This document shows, piece by piece, positions 17,573 through 26,778 of a stretch of 51,064 nucleotides of DNA (the stretch's first letter is position 1; the number at the start of each line of letters is the position of its first letter). The position numbers were made by a program, and so were the translations under genes. The stretch lies in IMG/VR virus record IMGVR_UViG_2534681675_000014. One strand, 5' to 3'. Below the pieces are notes generated by a model. It was given only the letters and a program-made list of their open reading frames with translations, did no database searches and was not told where the DNA came from. The DNA comes from a virus. Its lineage: Duplodnaviria; Heunggongvirae; Uroviricota; Caudoviricetes.

Positions 17573-17822
17573 CCGTGAAAATTCATGGTGAGAAGAACAA
17601 GGATTTACAAAAGATTCCGACAGACAAAGAATCGTAGGTATTTTATGAGGCGATATTGGTTTTGTGGTGATTTATATCAATATCTTGATGGTTTCTTGAA
17701 TGCTTGATGGCTAATTATAATTATGCATATTAAATGATTATTATTGTTTTCATATAGAAATAAGTAGCATCCTTGATATAGTAACAGCACAACTCGAATT
17801 TTCTTTCACTGGGAGACTATTT

Positions 17823-18080
17823 ATGCACTCACACCATCATCAAATATCTATGAGCCAACTTACCATGAGTTCACCCATTAAAGGTTTTTCACTGTATGTA
17901 GAAAGCGAAGACGTGGCTGTCGCGATAGCTGAACTTGAAAAGGCCTTATCACAGCTCAGGAACGGAGATAAGGCATTCAAAGAAAGTGGTACGCTGGTTG
18001 GTAACGTCAGAGCAAGTTATTGCTATCCTTACCGCCCCCATTGTGTCGCGAAAGGTCTTTATTGGGATGAAGGGGATTAA
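17823..18080 (+). CDS. Hypothetical protein (85 aa)
   Basis: ATG with GGGAGA SD; convergent with the 170-aa gene and overlapping its stop. Confidence 0.4.
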   Translation: MHSHHHQISMSQLTMSSPIKGFSLYVESEDVAVAIAELEKALSQLRNGDKAFKESGTLVGNVRASYCYPYRPHCVAKGLYWDEGD

Positions 18081-18589
18081 GCAAGGACTTGTTCACCGAT
18101 AGTTACTGGTAGCGGACAAATGTATTCCCAGACTGGATCAGGGTTAAAGGTTTTACCTGCCCAGTAAAGTTCCATTCTGTAGGTGAATTCCAGTACTGAT
18201 GTATCATTTCTTAATAATGACATATCTCCGCGATGATAACTATCTGTTTGTATTATGAAGATTTTATCAGATGGTTTCCCGTCTGTAAGTCGAAAATGTT
18301 TAGCCTCCTCCAGGTTACCCCATGCGAAGAGTGACGTATAGCGAGAAGGTTTTTGCGGGTAAACTCCTCTTCGGTAAAACTCTAACCCCCAGTCGATGAA
18401 TTCGTTTTTATTATAAATTTTTGCCGCATTGTTAATAAGGTATCCCTCGCCATGTGGTGCAAGCCCGCACGGAAAAAGTTTGTCTACCAGAGATGACATT
18501 TCGACAGGACTTATATCGGAGAATCGCTTTGGTGTAACAATATCGCCAGTTGAGTATATTCCTCGGCGATCAACCAAAAATAGTTCCAT
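18077..18589 (-). CDS. Hypothetical protein (170 aa), cargo gene in the Q-to-lysis region
   Basis: ATG with GGAGAAA SD; minus strand, opposite to late transcription; AT-rich. Confidence 0.5.
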   Translation of the reverse strand: MELFLVDRRGIYSTGDIVTPKRFSDISPVEMSSLVDKLFPCGLAPHGEGYLINNAAKIYNKNEFIDWGLEFYRRGVYPQKPSRYTSLFAWGNLEEAKHFRLTDGKPSDKIFIIQTDSYHRGDMSLLRNDTSVLEFTYRMELYWAGKTFNPDPVWEYICPLPVTIGEQVLA

Positions 18590-18782
18590 TCATTTTCTCC
18601 ATTGATAGTTGTTACTTTTGGCGATGTAACGATATCAAGTGCGAGGTTATGCCGCCAGATTCTTAATCTGGTACTTCATCAGGCCCTTGCATGTACTAGG
18701 GCTTTTTCATTGTCAGGCTACGGATAACATCTCTGACTTCTTGTTAGTAAATCTGAGAGCCTGGACCCTACTGGATTTGCCC

Positions 18783-19688
18783 CTATATTTCCAGACATCT
18801 GTTATCACTTAACCCATTACAAGCCCGCTGCCGCAGATATTCCCGTGGCGAGCGATAACCCAGCGCACTATGCGGATGCCATTCGTTATAATGCTCGAAC
18901 GCCTCTGCAAGGTTCTTTGCTGCCGTTAACCCGTCTGGTTTGGGCATGATACTGATGTAGTCACGCTTTATCGTTTTCACGAAGCTCTCTGCTATTCCGT
19001 TACTCTCCGGACTCCGCACCGCCGTGTTCTTCGGTTCAAGTCCCAACATCCGGGCGAACTGGCGTGTTTCATTAGCCCGGTAGCATGAACCATTATCCGT
19101 CAGCCACTCCACTGGAGACGACGGAAGATCGTTGCCGAAGCGGCGTTCCACCGCTCCCAGCATGACGTCCTGTACTGTTTCACTGTTGAAGCCGCCAGTA
19201 GTCACCGCCCAGTGCAGTGCCTCACGATCACAGCAGTCCAGCGCGAACGTGACACGCAGTCTCTCTCCGTTATCACAGCAGAACTCGAACCCGTCAGAGC
19301 ACCATCGCTGATTGCTTTCTTTCACGGCCACTCTGCCTGTATGTGCCCGTTTCGATGGCGGTACAGCAGGTTTTCGCTCAAGCAACAGCGCATTCTGGCG
19401 CATGATCCGGTAAACACGTTTGGCATTGATCGCAGGCATACCATCAAGTTCTGCCTGTCTGCGAAGCAGCGCCCATACCCGACGATAACCATACGTGGGC
19501 AGCTCTCCGATAACATGGTGTATACGGAGAAGCACATCCGTATCATCAGTGTGACGACTGCGGCGGCCATCCATCCAGTCATCGGTTCGTCTGAGAATGA
19601 CGTGCAACTGCGCACGCGACACCCGGAGACAACGGCTGACTAAGCTTACTCCCCATCCCCGGGCAATAAGGGCGCGTGCGCTATCCAC
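18783..19688 (-). CDS. insD: IS2 transposase OrfB (InsD)
   Basis: 301 aa, recalled as IS2 InsD. Confidence 0.9.
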
Positions 19689-20011
19689 TTTTTTGCCCGT
19701 CCATATTCAACGGCTTCTTTGAGGAGTTCATTTTCCATCGTTTTCTTGCCGAGCAGGCGCTGGAGTTCTTTAATCTGCTTCATGGCGGCAGCAAGTTCAG
19801 AGGCAGGAACAACCTGTTCTCCGGCGGCGACAGCAGTAAGACTTCCTTCCTGGTATTGCTTACGCCAGAGAAATAACTGGCTGGCTGCTACACCATGTTG
19901 CCGGGCAACGAGGGAGACCGTCATCCCCGGTTCAAAGCTCTGCTGAACAATTGCGATCTTTTCCTGTGTGGTACGCCGTCTGCGTTTCTCCGGCCCTAAG
20001 ACATCAATCAT
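19646..20011 (-). CDS. insC: IS2 OrfA (InsC)
   Basis: 121 aa from [18 protein letters not shown]...; overlaps insD as expected for the InsCD frameshift fusion. Confidence 0.85.
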
Positions 20012-20141
20012 CTGTTCTCCAATGACTAGTCTAAAAACTAGTATTAAGACTATCACTTATTTAAGTGATACTGGTTGTCTGGAGATTCAGGGGGCCAGTC
20101 TACCTACGTTTAGCACCATCCGAATTCTCGGAGGTGAGGCT

Positions 20142-20357
20142 ATGAAATCCATGGACAAGTTAACAACGGGCATTGCCTACGGCACCTCCGCAGGCAGTGC
20201 TGGATACTGGTTTTTACAGTGGCTGGATCAGGTCAGTCCGTCACAGTGGGCTGCAATTGGTGTGCTGGGAAGTCTGGTTCTGGGCTTTTTGACTTATCTG
20301 ACAAATCTGTACTTCAAAATCAGAGAAGACAGAAGAAAGGCTGCGAGAGGAGAGTAA
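20142..20357 (+). CDS. Class II holin (phage 21 S21-type pinholin)
   Basis: 71 aa [30 protein letters not shown]...; dual-start Met1/Met4; GGAGGTGAGG SD. Confidence 0.85.
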   Translation: MKSMDKLTTGIAYGTSAGSAGYWFLQWLDQVSPSQWAAIGVLGSLVLGFLTYLTNLYFKIREDRRKAARGE

Positions 20358-20361
20358 TATA

Positions 20362-20706
20362 ATGACCCAAGACTATGAACTGATTGTGAAAGGGATCCGC
20401 AATTTTGAGAATAAAGTTGCGGTAACTGTAGCATTACAAGACAAAAAACGCTTTGACGGTGAAATTTTTGACCTGGACATCTCGCTGGACCGTGTTGAAG
20501 GTGCTGCGCTGGAGTTTTATGAGGCTGCAGCCAGAAGGAGCATCAGACAGGTCTTCCTGGATGTTGCTGCCGGGTTATGTGAAGGGGATGAGCAGTCACC
20601 GGAAAAGCGCCCCGTAATTTTAGAGGCGCAGAATGTGTGGATAACCTACAAAGGAAAGCTACCAGGAAGAATTACTGATTTTCTGAAGACTCCACCGAAA
20701 TGGTAA
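20362..20706 (+). CDS. Hypothetical protein (114 aa) between holin and endolysin
   Basis: ATG 5 nt after holin stop, GAGAGGAGAG SD; no family recognised. Confidence 0.5.
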   Translation: MTQDYELIVKGIRNFENKVAVTVALQDKKRFDGEIFDLDISLDRVEGAALEFYEAAARRSIRQVFLDVAAGLCEGDEQSPEKRPVILEAQNVWITYKGKLPGRITDFLKTPPKW

Positions 20707-20944
20707 TTTTACCAGCATATTTTTCTTCCAGTAATGTCGCCAGCCACTTAAAAGAATTTTGTTGTTCCTGGGACCATTTGGGGTTGCGTGATTCAAGCAG
20801 GAGCGATGCCAGTGTTGGTTGCATTTGTTCTCTGGGAATTGATAAGGCCAGATATGAAAATGCAACAGTGAGGGCATTTACATCATCCCGAAGCCTGGAA
20901 ATGCAGTCGAGCAACTCCTGTAGAGAAATGGTGTTATTGTCCAT
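20672..20944 (-). CDS. Hypothetical protein (90 aa), antisense gene within the lysis cassette
   Basis: ATG with AAGAGGA SD; 3-prime end overlaps the 114-aa gene by 35 nt. Confidence 0.45.
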   Translation of the reverse strand: MDNNTISLQELLDCISRLRDDVNALTVAFSYLALSIPREQMQPTLASLLLESRNPKWSQEQQNSFKWLATLLEEKYAGKITISVESSENQ

Positions 20945-21049
20945 AAATAATCCTCTTGATTGTATTTACCTTTTCCCCGCCTGATTCAACAGGCCGGGGC
21001 AGATAAACATATCCAGGGTTCAGAAACCGATAAATCCTGATAAATATCC

Positions 21050-21583
21050 ATGAACGCAAAAATCAAATACGGCCTGTCAGCGGCCGTTCTGGCGCTGATT
21101 GGAGCAGGCGCATCTGCTCCTGAGATACTTGACCAGTTTCTGGATGAAAAAGAGGGTAACCACACTACGGCATACCGCGATGGTTCCGGCATATGGACCA
21201 TCTGTCGCGGTGCCACGATAGTAGATGGTAAACCTGTTATTCCGGGCATGACACTGACGAAGGAAAAATGCGATCAGGTTAATGCCATTGAGCGTGATAA
21301 GGCGCTGGCATGGGTGGATCGCAATATTAAAGTAACACTGACCGAACCACAAAAAGCGGGTATCGCGTCATTTTGTCCCTATAACATTGGCCCCGCTAAG
21401 TGTTTTCCGTCGACATTTTATAAGCGGCTGAATGCAGGTGATCGTAAAGGTGCCTGCGAGGCGATTCGCTGGTGGATTAAGGACAGGGGGCGCGATTGCC
21501 GCCTTCGTTCAAATAACTGTTACGGTCAGGTTATTCGTCGTGATCAGGAGAGCGCATTAGCCTGTTGGGGGATAGAGCAGTGA
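21050..21583 (+). CDS. SAR endolysin (lysozyme-type, R21-like)
   Basis: 177 aa; hydrophobic N-terminal signal-anchor-release segment; lysozyme-like core; between holin and Rz. Confidence 0.8.
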   Translation: MNAKIKYGLSAAVLALIGAGASAPEILDQFLDEKEGNHTTAYRDGSGIWTICRGATIVDGKPVIPGMTLTKEKCDQVNAIERDKALAWVDRNIKVTLTEPQKAGIASFCPYNIGPAKCFPSTFYKRLNAGDRKGACEAIRWWIKDRGRDCRLRSNNCYGQVIRRDQESALACWGIEQ

Positions 21584-22044
21584 GCAGAGTTGCCGTGATT
21601 ATTTATGCTCTGGTTATCTGCATCATCGTCTGCCTGTCATGGGCTGTTAATCATTACCGTGATAATGCCATTACCTACAAAGCGCAACGCGATAATGTGA
21701 CGGAAAAACTCAACCAGGCGACCGCAATCATTACTGACATGCAGATACGCCAGCGTGATGTTGCTGCACTCGATGCAAAATACCTGAAGGAGTTAGCTGA
21801 TGCGAAAGCTGAAAATGATGCTCTGCGTGATGATGTTGCCGCTGGTCGTCGTCGGTTGCGCATCAAAGCAGTCTGTCAGTCAGTGCGTGAAGCCACCGCC
21901 ACCTCCAGCGTGGATAATGCAGTCTCCCCCAGACTGGCAGACACCGCTGAACGGGATTATTTCACCCTCCGGGAACGACTGGTAATGATGCAGGCCCAAC
22001 TTGAAGGTGCTCAGCAATACATAACCGAACAGTGTTTAAAGTAA
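21580..22044 (+). CDS. rzpR: Rz i-spanin
   Basis: GTG overlapping endolysin stop; N-terminal TM segment, coiled-coil region, contains Rz1 in the +1 frame. Confidence 0.8.
   Translation: MSRVAVIIYALVICIIVCLSWAVNHYRDNAITYKAQRDNVTEKLNQATAIITDMQIRQRDVAALDAKYLKELADAKAENDALRDDVAAGRRRLRIKAVCQSVREATATSSVDNAVSPRLADTAERDYFTLRERLVMMQAQLEGAQQYITEQCLK
21800..21985 (+). CDS. rzoR: Rz1 o-spanin lipoprotein (embedded in Rz)
   Basis: 61 aa; lipobox LVVVGC then proline-rich PPPPPAW; fully nested in Rz in another frame. Confidence 0.8.
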   Translation: MRKLKMMLCVMMLPLVVVGCASKQSVSQCVKPPPPPAWIMQSPPDWQTPLNGIISPSGNDW

Positions 22045-22181
22045 AATCTTAACTACAATATGATTCATTTTGATGATTGTTTCATAAGGAACAGTGAAGT
22101 AAGATCTAAGAGGAGTTAAATTTTATACAGTATAATCATAATATTGCAGCAAGGTGGTTATAATTGAAAGAATATTTAGAT

Positions 22182-23639
22182 ATGAATACATCTCATGTAA
22201 GAGTTGTTACTCATATGTGTGGGTTCCTGGTTTGGCTCTATAGTCTTTCAATGTTGCCACCAATGGTTGTAGCATTGTTTTATAAAGAAAAAAGCCTGTT
22301 CGTTTTCTTTATAACTTTCGTTATATTTTTTTGCATTGGTGGCGGAGCGTGGTATACAACTAAGAAATCTGGCATTCAATTACGTACCCGTGATGGGTTT
22401 ATTATAATTGTAATGTTTTGGATTTTGTTTTCTGTTATTAGTGCATTCCCTTTATGGATTGACTCAGAACTTAATTTAACGTTCATTGATGCTCTGTTTG
22501 AAGGGGTTTCTGGAATAACAACAACAGGAGCAACTGTAATTGATGATGTTAGTTCATTACCTCGGGCATATTTGTACTATCGGTCACAGTTAAATTTTAT
22601 AGGTGGTTTAGGAGTTATTGTTCTGGCGGTTGCAGTATTGCCATTATTGGGTATTGGTGGTGCAAAGCTTTATCAGTCAGAAATGCCGGGGCCATTTAAG
22701 GATGACAAACTCACTCCCCGCCTGGCCGATACGTCACGGACACTGTGGATAACTTATTCTTTATTAGGTATTGCTTGTATTGTCTGTTATAGACTTGCAG
22801 GAATGCCTTTGTTTGATGCTATTTGTCACGGGATTTCCACAGTTTCGCTTGGTGGTTTCTCAACTCATAGCGAGAGTATCGGATATTTTAATAACTATTT
22901 GGTTGAGCTGGTGGCTGGTGCTTTTTCCCTGCTATCGGCTTTCAACTTTACTCTTTGGTATATTGTTATTAGCAGAAAAACGATAAAACCTTTAATCAGA
23001 GATATTGAACTTCGTTTCTTTCTGTTAATAGCCTTAGGGGTGATCATTGTTACCTCTTTCCAGGTCTGGCATATAGGTATGTATGACTTGCATGGAAGTT
23101 TTATTCATTCGTTTTTTCTTGCCAGCTCCATGCTCACTGATAATGGTTTAGCTACGCAGGATTATGCAAACTGGCCCACGCACACGATAGTGTTTTTGCT
23201 GTTGTCAAGTTTCTTTGGGGGATGTATAGGTTCAACCTGTGGTGGAATTAAGTCACTTCGATTTCTTATACTTTTCAAACAAAGCAAACACGAGATAAAT
23301 CAACTTTCTCATCCCAGAGCGTTGTTGAGTGTAAATGTAGGAGGGAAGATAGTTACAGATCGTGTAATGAGGTCTGTATGGAGTTTCTTTTTTCTTTATA
23401 CTCTCTTCACGGTGTTTTTTATACTGGTGTTAAATGGTATGGGATATGATTTTCTTACATCATTTGCAACAGTGGCTGCATGTATTAATAATATGGGATT
23501 AGGTTTTGGGGCTACTGCATCGTCATTCGGAGTGCTTAATGACATTGCAAAATATTTAATGTGCATAGCTATGATTCTTGGTCGCCTTGAAATTTATCCT
23601 GTTATTATATTGTTTTCAGGTTTTTTTTGGCGCTCCTAA
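22182..23639 (+). CDS. trkG: TrkG potassium uptake protein (Trk/Ktr family membrane protein)
   Basis: 485 aa from MNTSHVRVVTHMCGF..., recalled as Rac TrkG; AT-rich; ORF track offers a TTG start at 22164 with AAGGTGG SD. Confidence 0.9.
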   Translation: MNTSHVRVVTHMCGFLVWLYSLSMLPPMVVALFYKEKSLFVFFITFVIFFCIGGGAWYTTKKSGIQLRTRDGFIIIVMFWILFSVISAFPLWIDSELNLTFIDALFEGVSGITTTGATVIDDVSSLPRAYLYYRSQLNFIGGLGVIVLAVAVLPLLGIGGAKLYQSEMPGPFKDDKLTPRLADTSRTLWITYSLLGIACIVCYRLAGMPLFDAICHGISTVSLGGFSTHSESIGYFNNYLVELVAGAFSLLSAFNFTLWYIVISRKTIKPLIRDIELRFFLLIALGVIIVTSFQVWHIGMYDLHGSFIHSFFLASSMLTDNGLATQDYANWPTHTIVFLLLSSFFGGCIGSTCGGIKSLRFLILFKQSKHEINQLSHPRALLSVNVGGKIVTDRVMRSVWSFFFLYTLFTVFFILVLNGMGYDFLTSFATVAACINNMGLGFGATASSFGVLNDIAKYLMCIAMILGRLEIYPVIILFSGFFWRS

Positions 23640-23776
23640 TATATGGCTGATTTATAATTGTGAGTTTAATATTATGTTGACTCACTCATTGATCCAATAC
23701 CTAACTTTACCAGCAACACCTCCGCCCCCAGTAGCACTGGCTGCTGGGGTGCGTTTTATTCATAAAGCAAGGCTGT

Positions 23777-24568
23777 ATGAGCGAGAAATTAAAGATAGTC
23801 TATCGCCCATTACAAGAATTGTCACCGTATGCGCACAACGCCAGGACGCACAGTACTGAGCAGGTGGCACAACTGGTAGAAAGTATTAAGCAATTCGGCT
23901 GGACTAATCCGGTGCTGATTGACGAAAAGGGCGAAATTATTGCGGGTCACGGTCGTGTTATGGCGGCTGAAATGCTCAAAATGGATTCTGTTCCGGTCAT
24001 TGTTCTGTCTGGCCTGACGGATGAGCAGAAAAAGGCGTACCGCCTGGCAGATAATCGCCTGCCGATGAATGCTGGCTGGGATGAAGATCTGTTGCGGATG
24101 GAGCTGTCGGACCTAATCAATGCTGATTTTGATGTCTCCCTGACAGGCTTCATCCCGACAGAAATTGATGAACTGTTGACGGATGTTTTGCCCGGTACAG
24201 GAAATGAGGAGGAGCCGTATACGACGAAAATTGATACGCCTGTTTATGAGCCGTCGGACGGTAAACCGGATATCAGTGAACTGTACGACGATACGAAAAC
24301 TCAGGAGCTGATCAGCCGGATACGTTCGGCGTCCCTTGATCCTGATATTGAGAAATTCCTCCTGTGTGCGGCAGAACGTCACACAGTGTTTAATTTCAGC
24401 AGAATTGCGGACTATTACGCTCATGCCCCCGCTGAAATTCAGTGCCTTTTCGAGGAGTCGGCGCTGGTGATCATTGATTATCAGCAGGCTATTGAAAATG
24501 GATTTGTCCGAATGACGCAGCGCATGGTGGAGATCATGCATGGCGGGGAGGAGGAGGAATATGCGTGA
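23777..24568 (+). CDS. ParB-like nuclease-domain protein (YnaK-like)
   Basis: 263 aa; N-terminal ParB/Srx-like motifs (IIAGHGR); position after trkG matches ynaK in Rac. Confidence 0.65.
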   Translation: MSEKLKIVYRPLQELSPYAHNARTHSTEQVAQLVESIKQFGWTNPVLIDEKGEIIAGHGRVMAAEMLKMDSVPVIVLSGLTDEQKKAYRLADNRLPMNAGWDEDLLRMELSDLINADFDVSLTGFIPTEIDELLTDVLPGTGNEEEPYTTKIDTPVYEPSDGKPDISELYDDTKTQELISRIRSASLDPDIEKFLLCAAERHTVFNFSRIADYYAHAPAEIQCLFEESALVIIDYQQAIENGFVRMTQRMVEIMHGGEEEEYA

Positions 24569-25493
24569 TGATTTTTGCGCCTTTATTCTGACTCACGGGC
24601 GACCGGACAAAGTTCTGACTTACCGGACGTTGCGTCGTGCTGGCTATACCGGGAAAATTTTTATCGTTGTTGATGATGAAGATAAGACACGGCATCAGTA
24701 CATGGCTGAATTTGGTGAACAGGTGCTGGTATTTTCCAAAGCCGATATTGCCAGTCGTTTTGACGAAGCCGATAATTTTGGTGACCGCCGCTCAATTTTT
24801 TACGCCCGTAATGCCTGTTTCGACCTGGCAAAACTGGTCGGGTGTAAATACTTCATTCAGCTCGATGATGATTATCACGAGTTCCAGTTTCGGGTGGATC
24901 GCAACTATGACCAGGCCTATTTCCCGATAAGGAAACTGGATGCGATCCTTTCTGAAATGCTGGCGTATTACGAATCAATACCCGCGCTTTCCATCGCTAT
25001 GTCGCAGGGCGGGGATTTTCTTGGTGACAATGGCGGCCATGCTTCGTGGGTGAAACGCAAGGCAATGAACAGCTTTATCTGTTCGGTTGATCGACCGTTC
25101 TCATTCATGGGGCGCATTAACGAGGATGTGAATACGTACACGAATCTCGGTCGCTGTGGTGAATTGTTTATGACGATCGGTGCTGTCCAGTTAGGGCAGA
25201 AACAGACGCAGAAAAACAGCGGCGGAATGACCGAGCTGTATCTGGACTCCGGAACCTACGTTAAAAGTTTTTACTCCGTCATGTATTCGCCGTCGTGCGT
25301 AAAAATCTCACTGATGGGTGCCAGCCATAAACGCATTCACCATCAGGTCACCTGGAACAACGCTGCAGTAAAAATCCTTCACGAAAAATACAGGAAGAAG
25401 ACACCCTGCATATCAATGGGGGTGACAAATGATTCCGTATTCGAAAGTCGAGTCTCTGGCAGCGTGCCGGATGACTGCACAACAAATCGCTGA
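24540..25493 (+). CDS. Hypothetical protein with GT-A glycosyltransferase-like motifs
   Basis: 317 aa (alternative start 24561); motifs CAFILTHGRPD, KIFIVVDDEDK and DxD-like IQLDDDY; no predicted TM segments. Confidence 0.45.
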   Translation: MAGRRRNMRDDFCAFILTHGRPDKVLTYRTLRRAGYTGKIFIVVDDEDKTRHQYMAEFGEQVLVFSKADIASRFDEADNFGDRRSIFYARNACFDLAKLVGCKYFIQLDDDYHEFQFRVDRNYDQAYFPIRKLDAILSEMLAYYESIPALSIAMSQGGDFLGDNGGHASWVKRKAMNSFICSVDRPFSFMGRINEDVNTYTNLGRCGELFMTIGAVQLGQKQTQKNSGGMTELYLDSGTYVKSFYSVMYSPSCVKISLMGASHKRIHHQVTWNNAAVKILHEKYRKKTPCISMGVTNDSVFESRVSGSVPDDCTTNR

Positions 25494-25680
25494 CGTTCTG
25501 GATGTTGATCTGAACCGACTGAAAGAAAATCGGGAAGCAATGACAGATTTTTATGCGGCCATCCGTAAGGGCAGAGCGAAAGGTGAAGCCGAGTTACGAG
25601 CGGCATTGTTTAAGCTTGCCAGAAAAGGGGATGCCTTTGCTCTGCGCGAACTACTCAGGGTGGATAAAAATCAGGACTAA
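25471..25680 (+). CDS. Small hypothetical protein (about 69 aa) upstream of terS
   Basis: ORF 25429..25680 overlaps the upstream gene; start uncertain; weak SD. Confidence 0.3.
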   Translation: MTAQQIADVLDVDLNRLKENREAMTDFYAAIRKGRAKGEAELRAALFKLARKGDAFALRELLRVDKNQD

Positions 25681-25683
25681 CTG

Positions 25684-26778
25684 ATGAGCAGACCGGACTG
25701 GGGGGCGTTGCAGCAGGAGTATATTGCTGAATACACCCGCTCCGGTATATCTCCGGTGGCATGGTGTGAAGCAAGGGGACTGAACTACGCAACAGCCCGT
25801 CGTTACATCAAAAAAACTCCGAAAAATGCGCAGAAAGAAATGCGCAAAACTGCGCAAAAAAGTGCGCGAAAAAAAACTGCGCAGACTGCGCAAAGGCAGA
25901 ACGGAAAATCTCAGAAAAAAAAGGCTATATCCGATGCACTCCTGATTGAGGGGGACACGGAAGAAATTTCGTTCTGCCCCGATGAATTCGGTATTTCTGA
26001 CCAGCAGGCAAAATTCGCCATGTTGGTTGCTCAGGGGAAAAAGCCGACAGAGGCATACCGACTGGCTGGTTATGAGGGGCAAGGTGCGACAGCTAACAGC
26101 AACGCCAGCCGTATGCTTAGAAATGCCAGGGTTTATCGTGCTATCAGCTACTTCCGCAATCAGTACCAGAAACGCTATATCGCAGACCTGGATTTACTGG
26201 TGAGCCAGTTGATGGCCATTGTCCAGGCCGACCCCAATCAGTTGGCACAATTTCGCCGTGTTAACTGCCGTTATTGCTGGGGCGAGAATCATCTCTACCA
26301 GTGGCGTGATATTGCAGAATTCGATAAGGCTGCGGCACAGGCCTCCAGAGATGGTAAACCCGAGCCGGAATATGGAGGCCTCGGCTTTGTTGATAACGCC
26401 ATACCCAATCCTGATTGCCCGAAGTGCTGCGGTGAGGGAACAGGACAGCTTTATATGGCTGATACCACACTGCTTGATGGGGATGCGCGGCAATTATATG
26501 CAGGGTCAAAGCTCGGAAAATACGGTGTTGAGATCCTGCTGGAGGATAAGGCTGCCGCCCGGCGTGAATTGTTGCGTTTGTTTTCTGCTGGCGGGGCTTT
26601 ATGTGCAGATAAACGGCTACAGGAACTGGAAATTGAACGGCGCAGAATGGAAAACCAGAAGCTGCGCAAAGAGATCGAAACGGTGGAAGATAATGAACAT
26701 CCCCAGCCTGTGGCGATCAATATTAATGTGGTTGATGCCAGAGTAAGGAGTGATGAAGATGATCTCTCCGACGCTTAA
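25684..26778 (+). CDS. Terminase small subunit
   Basis: 364 aa directly upstream of terL; N-terminal HTH-like region, basic linker. Confidence 0.65.
   Translation: MSRPDWGALQQEYIAEYTRSGISPVAWCEARGLNYATARRYIKKTPKNAQKEMRKTAQKSARKKTAQTAQRQNGKSQKKKAISDALLIEGDTEEISFCPDEFGISDQQAKFAMLVAQGKKPTEAYRLAGYEGQGATANSNASRMLRNARVYRAISYFRNQYQKRYIADLDLLVSQLMAIVQADPNQLAQFRRVNCRYCWGENHLYQWRDIAEFDKAAAQASRDGKPEPEYGGLGFVDNAIPNPDCPKCCGEGTGQLYMADTTLLDGDARQLYAGSKLGKYGVEILLEDKAAARRELLRLFSAGGALCADKRLQELEIERRRMENQKLRKEIETVEDNEHPQPVAININVVDARVRSDEDDLSDA

Larger units (their letters stand above)
18772..20102 (-). mobile_element. IS2 insertion sequence (1331 bp) with 5-bp target-site duplication CCTAC
   Basis: Ends TGGATTTGCCCC... 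and ...GGGGCCAGTCTA; CCTAC at 18767..18771 and 20103..20107; encodes InsC/InsD. Confidence 0.9.

Noticed and set aside
16680-17822. Possible tRNA genes in the Q-to-lysis interval, as seen in some Stx-type lambdoid phages
   Set aside because: No GTTCGAATC/GTTCAAATC-type T-arm motif or cloverleaf-compatible segment seen by eye; tRNAscan would still be needed to be sure.
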